The notes below the pieces were generated by a model that saw only the letters and a program-made list of their open reading frames with translations, did not search any database and was not told where the DNA came from. From IMG/VR virus record IMGVR_UViG_3300027418_000370: a DNA stretch of 64,000 nucleotides; one strand, 5' to 3'. Below are positions 10,119 through 19,100 of this stretch, in pieces; the first letter of the stretch is position 1, and every line of letters starts with the position of its first letter. This DNA is from a virus. The position numbers and the translations under genes were made by a program.

Positions 10119-13100
10119 ATGGCCGACATCCGTATTATACCCTCCATAGGGGCGATCAACGTTACAGGTAGTGCAGAATTTAGAGGGACGGCAGGTACGT
10201 CCTTGCTATACCTATCAGGATCCGGGCTAATCGGCGTAGGAACTACTGATCCACAGTCAGAATTACACGTTGTAAGCAGTGGAACACGTTTTGTTACACT
10301 AGATCGCAGTGGAACACGCAGTTATGACCTAGGAGTCAACAGTTCTGGTACGTTTTTACTGACAGACAACACAGAAGCCGCCGACAGAATAGCTATTTCC
10401 CTGTCTGGATCAGTGGGTATAGGTACAACACAGCCTGTAGAGCAGTTAAACGTTGTAGGTGACGTAAGATTTGGTAATAGCTCAGACTATGTAAGATTTA
10501 GCACAGAAAATAGCAATGCTAAGATTGAACTAGTAGATAATAACCAGTCAAATCCTCCTACGATCTACGGTAACGGTCCGTATATGGAGTTTCATAACGG
10601 AGGAGCTCAAAGAATAAGGTTAAATTCTAATGGAACGGTACAGTTTAATGCTTATGGATCTGGTACTAACACCGGATCGGCTGCTTACAGCTTAACAGTA
10701 GATTCATCTGGCAACATTATCGAGTCTACCTTAGCAACTGTTAACGGCTCAGGTACAGCCAACTACATCCCTAAATGGAGCGACAGCGACACGCTTACTA
10801 ATTCTGTAATTTACGAGACAGGTGGTGTTATCGGTATCGGAATAACCACTCCGGCCACAAGACTTGCACTAGGCTCTACTCAAGGCTCTGGTATTGATTT
10901 CTTATACGATACTACAAACAACTATAAGAACCAAATAAAGAACTACTGGAATTCTAGTACAGATACTAGAATGGACTTTAATATCGGCAGAAACTCAGGA
11001 GTAACTCCGGTAACAGTTATGTCGGTAGGCTACGGAGGTAACGTAGGCATCGGTTCTACAGCACCCGAAGGTAAGCTTAACGTAGTCGGATCCGCCGACG
11101 TATTGATAGTAGAAGGGTCCGGGTCAACAGCCAATACAACCATCATGGCTGTCGATGGAAATAACGGACGTCTATTTGAGGTCTCTGATGATCTATCTGA
11201 CTCTTTGTTCTCGGTTAATACTATAGCTGGTCTACCGGTTATGGAGGCGTTTGCCGATAATAGAGTAGTCTTAGGAGCTTACAATCAGTACGATTTATAT
11301 ATTACTGGCAGTAGAGTTGGCATTGGAACATCAGCTCCAGAAGCACCTTTACATATTTTAGGTAATTTTGATGCTAACAACCCTAAGCAGCTTGTTATCG
11401 CTAGCCGAGAAGATGCAGGATCAGTATACAGCGGTATTCAATTTGAAAGAGCAGGAGGAGGTACCTTCTTTGGGTTAGGAAACGATTCTAGAACTGATAG
11501 AGACGAAATCTTTGTTGGTGGAGGTTTTGGAAGCGTAACTAATGCTACAGCATTCAGAGTATTTACCGGAGCATACGGAAGCACAGTAGGCACAGAAAGA
11601 CTATCTATTCTCTCAAACGGATACGTAGGTATTGGTACTACTAGTCCTGGATTTAAACTAGATGTAAGAACCGGAAATCAAGGAGATATAGCAAGCTTTA
11701 GAGGAACAGGTTATCCTATTACTTTTGCTACCACAGGTAGTGCCGGTAACTACTACGGCACCCAGATGATGATGGCAGCTGACTCAGGATCAACTCAGGC
11801 AGCATTTAGATTAAATACCCGCTATAACTCAGCAGTAGGCTCAGGAGTAGCATTTACTATTGAATCTTCAACTAACGATCAGAGCTACGGACAAAATCCA
11901 TCAGCACTTACTTATTCTGAGAAATTTAGAATTACTCAAGATGGTAACGTAGGTATCGGCACAGCATCACCGGGATACAAACTACAAGTCAACGGCAACG
12001 CTAAATTTGACAGCGATGTTTACTTCTACAACACCGTACTAGATCCTGCATCTAACTTTGCCACTCAAAGAGGGGCAGGATTTAAAGCATCCACAGGTAA
12101 GTTCGAAGTAGCATCTTCAGAAACAGCCCTAGAACTAAGCAGATTTAGCACTACCGGACCTGTCTTATCCATCAGACATTCAGGCTCTCAGGTATCTCAT
12201 TTAGACACAGACGGTGGAGCAACATTTACCGGGGATGTATCAATAGGAGGAGACTTAACTGTAGACGGTATTATAACCGCTAAAGAATTTCACACAACGT
12301 TTGTCTCTGCTTCTATTATCTATCAATCAGGCTCTACTCAATTTGGTGATAGCTTTGATGATACTCACACCTTCAGAGGAGGAGTAGAGATTATAGAAAG
12401 TAATACTGTACCTACTCTAACCCTTACTAGAGACGTAAGCGGCACTACCTACACATACGGGCAATTTACAAACGCTGGATCTGATTTTTATGTTAACAGT
12501 CTAGCAGCAATTTTTATTAACGCTGATTCAAACTCAGATTCAACTTCTACCGATAGAATAATTAAATTCGGTAATAGAGGTTCTGAGCTCATGCAATTAG
12601 ATGCTAGCGGTAACTTAGGTATTGGTACTACTAGTCCAGCAGATTTACTGCACATTGACGAAGGTGATATTCGAATAAACGACGGTAATAACGGAACTGT
12701 AAGAGGTTTATATATAAGACATGCTGGTATAACCGGTAATGTTACATCATTAGTCCAAGATACATCAGGCTCTCCTAGAGCACATCTAAAATCTTCTGAA
12801 AGATCTTTATGGATCTCTGCACAGTCAGACGGAGGTGGTGTTTCTACTGAGACACTAAGACTCTATAACAACCAGAATCTAGGTCTCGCAGTAGATTATA
12901 GCGGTAGTGTCGGTATAGGTACCACAAACCCTAGTACCATACTTCATGTATATAGAGGAGGTACAGGTACAGTTTATGATTTAACTTTACAAAGCGGTGA
13001 TGATTCAACAGGAGCAAGACACGGTATCTTATTTAGAGGCGGTGCTGCTAACTATGAAGCATTAATCAGAACAGGTAACTACGGATCCTACAGAAGTAAT

Positions 13101-16100
13101 CTAGAGTTCTGGGTGAGTAATCAAACCTCAGGAGGTTCAACATTAGTGCAAGCTCTTTCTATATTAAGTGCCGGTGATGTAAGACTTAATGAATACGGCT
13201 CAGGTACTGTCACAGGCACAGCCGCCTACAACCTTTCGGTAGATTCTACAGGTAAGATTATCGAAACTGCCAATCCTTCCTTAACAGGAACAGGAACAGC
13301 AAACTATGTTACCAAATGGAGCGGTACTAACTCGCTCACTAACTCCGTTATATATGATACCGGAACTAACGTAGGTATTGGTAACACTTCTCCATATACT
13401 AAGTTTGAAGTAAGAGGAACTATACACTCAGAAGTTGGCGCTTCTACAATTCCTCAGATACTACTAGGATCCCCAGGTTTAAATTATGGTCAAATTCAGA
13501 ACGACGGTACCGGTATATGGTCATTAGGATATGGAGCTACAAATGCAGCTCTCGGTACACCAGTCTTAGCTTGGAACTCCTCAGGTAACGTAGGTATAGG
13601 TATTACTACTCCAGGAGCTAAACTACATGTCGTCGGTGACATCTCAGGATCTAGCGAAATTAGAGCACAAAGAGGATTCTTTAATCCTCAATATGACGAC
13701 ATCTACGGATTAAGAGTAGAGCCGCCTAACTCAGGTGATAAAGCTGTTATATATGTAAATAGAGGATATGGATCTCACAAAGGATCCGGTATATACATTG
13801 TAGGTGCAAACTATACAAACAACAATAATCAAGCATTTGTAGAACTTAACGCAGGTTCCTACTCAGGTATTGATACTAGGTATATACACGCTTACGATTC
13901 AGCAGGAACAGACTTTGTAGTATACGGAGACGGTACAGTAGTAGCAGGTAAGTATCAGCTTACAGATAATGCTGCTAAGCACCCTTCTTCATCTTTCCAA
14001 TCACCGCAAGAAATCATCGCAGCAGGACTAGATGAAGGCAACGGACTGTACTATATCAACCCAGGAGGAAAGCTAGCTGCTCCAATTCAGGTGTACGTAG
14101 ACTTTACTACTCCTGATGCTCAAGGAGAGACAGGATGGATGCTTGTAGCATCGTTTACTACCGACTACACATGGGGTCTTGATTCTACTTCTACAGCAGC
14201 CGTATTAGGATCTACTGCAGTAAATGCATTCTCTGCTAACTTCGGTAACTACGTAGTAAACGACTTTAGAGTTCATGCCGCTCCAAGTGTAGATTCAGGC
14301 GGTACAAACTCATCAGGAGACTGGTACTACCACAGAAAAGAAGGAGTAGAGTGGAAAAAATGGTGGTCTGAAGCTAACTCAGGTCTTTACCCTAGGAGTA
14401 CTGCTATTAACCCATCTGTTAGAGACGGTTTAATTGGATTTGATTATTCACATAACATCAAGTTTAATTACACCAATACCGCTCATAAATCGAACGGTTT
14501 AAGTGATGCACCAGGATCGGTAGCGTACTGGGATGTACTTACTACAGCCGGTAACACTATGTCCATTCAATCACTAGCATCAGACGGTACATTAGGATGG
14601 TCTCATAATTTAACAAACACCGGTCAAGATATAGTAAGTCAGCATTCTATTGTCGGTTACGATGATGGGAATATTGTAGCGCGTTACGGTGACGCATTTG
14701 ATACTGCTGACGTAGGTAACGGATCAGGAGGTACAAGCGAGACTACCAAACTCTGGCTTTGGGTAAAAGGAAAGACGGTACGCGGAGGCTGGACCGACGG
14801 TGATGGATATGTTTATACAGAAGATACAGGAAGCAATGTTGGTATTGGTACTAGAGCTCCTGCAGATAAGCTTCATGTACAAGCAACATCGGGCAATGGT
14901 TTAACCATCATTACAAACGATGTATCCACAATAAAAATGAAGTCGTCTACCGGCGGTACTAAGAGCTGGGGATTTGCGACTACAAATTTAGCTGCCAGTG
15001 ATTTTGGAATATACCAGAGTGATTCTAATGGCGGTGATCCAATCAGTGCAGGCACAGCAAAACTTTACTTCAAATCAGATGGTAATGTAGGTATTGGGAC
15101 AACTTCTCCTGACGCTACAATACACGTATATTCTACTGCCGACACCTCAGGAATGGTCGGTAACTTTAGAAGAGGTATAAACGGACTAAACGAATACACT
15201 TACATTAAAGTAGGAAACAGTGCTCCGGCTTACTTCGGTAACATGCTACTATCGGACGATGTAGCATATATCTCTAGAGCAGCAGATCCAACCGGAGGAA
15301 ACGGATTATTTGTACAAGGAAGCGGTAACGTAGGTATTGGTACTAAAAGCCCTTCTCAAAGACTTCATGTATACGGAGGCTACATTAAAGCTTCAGATGA
15401 CGGAACTACTACTGCATTTATGCAAGGTGGAGGATCAAATGGATACGCTTACTTTGGAGCATTAGGCAATGGGCCAGCAGCGTTTGGTAACTCTGAAAAC
15501 TGGACAACGCTTGTTGCTGATGGCGGTAATGTAGGTATTGGTTCTACAGCACCTAACAAGAAGTTTGTAGTAACAGGAGCTGCCAATGATGAATGGATAG
15601 CAACGTTTACAAACAGTGGAACTACTCCATACGGTGTTTACGTTGACACATCAGCAAATAGCGGCACAGCGTATTCATTTGCTGTCTACACAAACGCCGG
15701 TAATGGTTTATTTGTACGTAATAACGGTAACGTAGGTGTAGGAACTTCATCACCAGCTTCTGGAATTAAACTAGACGTAAGCGGATCAGTATCTGTAGCA
15801 GGAGATGAAGGCTTAAGATTAGGTTACGTAGGAGATCACGGAGCATACGACAACGTTAAAATAACATACTCAGGATACAATGGAGGATCACCAGAGGTAA
15901 TATTTACTCCTAGAACAACACCAGGATCCGGTGAACTCACTACATTCTTCCGATTTAAGAATAGTAACGGAACTGCTTCAAACAACAACCTAGCAAGCGT
16001 TAGTGTTGATAACGATTTAGAAGTAGGAGGAGATCTTACCGTAGATGGAATCATTACAGCTAAAGAATTCCATACTACGTTTGTATCAGCTTCTATTATA

Positions 16101-19100
16101 TACCAATCAGGCTCAACCAAGTTCGGTAATAGCTCAGACGATATACATTATTTTACAGGTAACATAGGAGTTAACGTTTCAGATCCTCAGGCACCTTTAG
16201 AAGTAAAAGGAGCAAGTAATACCCCAGCCGACGGTAATGAAGTTATTTCGGTAACAAATACAACCGGGAACACTAAACTTCTTTTAGGTGTAGCAGAAAA
16301 CAGCTACGGATGGATTCAAGCAGCTGAAGGCTCTTCAGACAGAAACATCTTATTAAATCCAAACGGAGGACATACAATAGTTGGAGCTACATCAAAGCTC
16401 TCTGCCTACGGTGCAGACTTTACTACTCTTTCTGTACAGACACAGACCGGAGACAATGCTGCCATCATAGAATTAGGAGGTAACAGAACAGCCAATCCTG
16501 GTAATCAGAACGGTATGATTCAGTTCTTCAATAAGACTGGAACAGCTACTGAGGTAAACAGAATATCTTCTATACAAGGATCTGATGTAACATCAGGAAG
16601 TATCTCCTTCCATACCAACTACGGAGGAACCTTTAGCGAGAAAGTACGCATAAGTGACAACGGTGACGTAGGTATTGGAACTGATTCACCAAAAACAAAA
16701 TTAGCAGTAGCAGATGATGCTCCAAACAGCACCCTAACAGCAGGTAATGCGGTATTAGATGTATACGGAACAGCTGCAACAGCTAGGACAGATAATAGTA
16801 GCTTAGATATCCTAAGACTACATAGAAATAATGATGCTACTCCATCAAAGGCATCTACCTTTGCAATAGGGTTATCTTTCCACGAAGATCCAGGAAACAA
16901 CTACCCAAGAACTAGAGCAGACTTTAAAACTACAGGTAGAACAACAGATGATTCTGATGTAGCCTTAACAGTAATGTCTGTAGTGGATACTGGTAGAATT
17001 GGTGTTGGTACAACTGATCCTACTAACAGAATAACTGCATATCAAGGCGGTGGTGTTAGAGTATCGGGAATTGCTAGTGGTGGTTATATTGAGATGAGTG
17101 GTGATCTACCAGGATACTCAGCAAACCAATACCCAGTAATTAAATCGGGAGGTACTATTCATTTTGCAAATAATAATAAGTATTCTGCATACATTGAAGG
17201 TGCTAACACATACTTTGGACTTCTAGATAGCACTACTACAACTAAGGTATTACTTAGAACAAGTGGTAACTCTTACCTGAATGGTGGTAACGTAGGGATC
17301 GGTATAGCAGCCCCAGGCTACAAACTAGAAGTAGCAGGAGATGCAAGAGTACAGAGTAATACCTTCCTAGCAACTGATGCAAACAGCTATGTTAATATCG
17401 GTGCATCATATGTAAGTACAACTACAGCCTCTGATACAAAACTTATCTTACAGGGTAAGAACGTAACAGATGCCGGTACAAACTACTACGGAGACTTTGG
17501 TCAGATTTTATTATGGTCAAACTCAAACTATTCTGCTAGCTCTAGAAGATTCTTAATCACCAACGCACATAAGATTAATCAATTTGCGATAATTAGATCT
17601 GATGACGCAACTACAACACCTACCATCGGACAAGGAGGACTTGTGTCAAACGGTACTGCTGATTTTATAATTGATTACTATAGCGGTGCTGTGGGTATCG
17701 GACAAACTAACCCGGCCTACAAACTTCACGTAGAAGGAGATACCGGTATTGGAGCTAACTATGCATTTAAAGCTAGATATACCACCAGTGATAATTACCA
17801 CGGTTCATTTAGATGGGCAGGGTTACAATTAGGTAATAACGGAACTAACAGAATCGTAGCCGGTAGAACAGGCGTAGGAGGATCTTTAGATTTCTGGGTA
17901 AACAACACAAACGATGCTTCTGACTACTCAGTAACACCAGACGGTACTAGAGTATTGACTTTATATTCTACCGGTACAGCAGGATTTACCGGAGGAGTAT
18001 CTGCTGCTTCATTTACTGGATCTTTACAGGGTAATATCACCGGCACAGCAGCCAGTGAAACTCTAGCAACCGTTGTTGCAAGAGGTAACTCTACGTCAAC
18101 TAATATACGTGTACAGAGACCTTCTAATAAAGTAGACAACAACGGAAACCCTACCGAATTTGGTAGCCGCGTAGAATTTAACAACGCGTTTGCTACCAAC
18201 GAATCCGGGTATATGATATTCAGATTCCCTACCTATAATAACTTCCTAATCTCAGGAGATTACGATGGTAATATAGGTGGTGCTATACCAAACATTCAGT
18301 TTGGTAGACAGTCAACTGTTTACATGCACATCAATAGTAGCGATGGTAACGTAGGTATTGGCACTACAGCACCAGATAGTACACTACACGTACATTCTTC
18401 TTCACCGATCATCACCGTATCGAACTCAGATACAAGTATTATAGACGGACAGGTGATAGGTCAGGTTGACTTCAAGTCTTTTGACGGTAGTACAAATATG
18501 ACAAACGTCTTCGGCTCTATTAGAACAGAAGCTCAAGGAACTCTTGACAACGGAGTTGACGATGGCGGTAAAATGGTGTTTAGCACCTTTAAGCAATCCA
18601 CTACTCTTGTTGACCAAATGGTTATTGATAGAGAAGGTAACGTAGGTATTGGTAATACTACTCCTACTAGTACTTTAGAAGTTGGTGGTCAAGTTTTAAT
18701 AAGTGCTACAGCTCCTCTTTTGGACTTTGTAGATACAAATAGCTTTACAGATACTAACGATAGATTTAGAGTAAGAGCTGGCGGTAATGAAGGATTGATT
18801 CAGTGGTATGATAATTCAGCAAGCAGTTTATTAAGTATAATGACATTCCAACCAAACGGGGATGTTATAGTACCTAATGGTAACGTAGGTATTGGAGTCA
18901 CAGATCCTGAGAGAAAATTAGAAGTTAAAAGTGATACTACCTACGACGGTATACTAATCGATACCTTATCGGCACCTGAGATCGTACTTAGAGATAGAGG
19001 AAACTCAGACACATTAATAGGAACAGGTAGGCACGGTCTTGACGATTTTCACATTGATACCTACGCAGGTAATGCTTTCTTTATTAAGGGTAGTAGCAGA

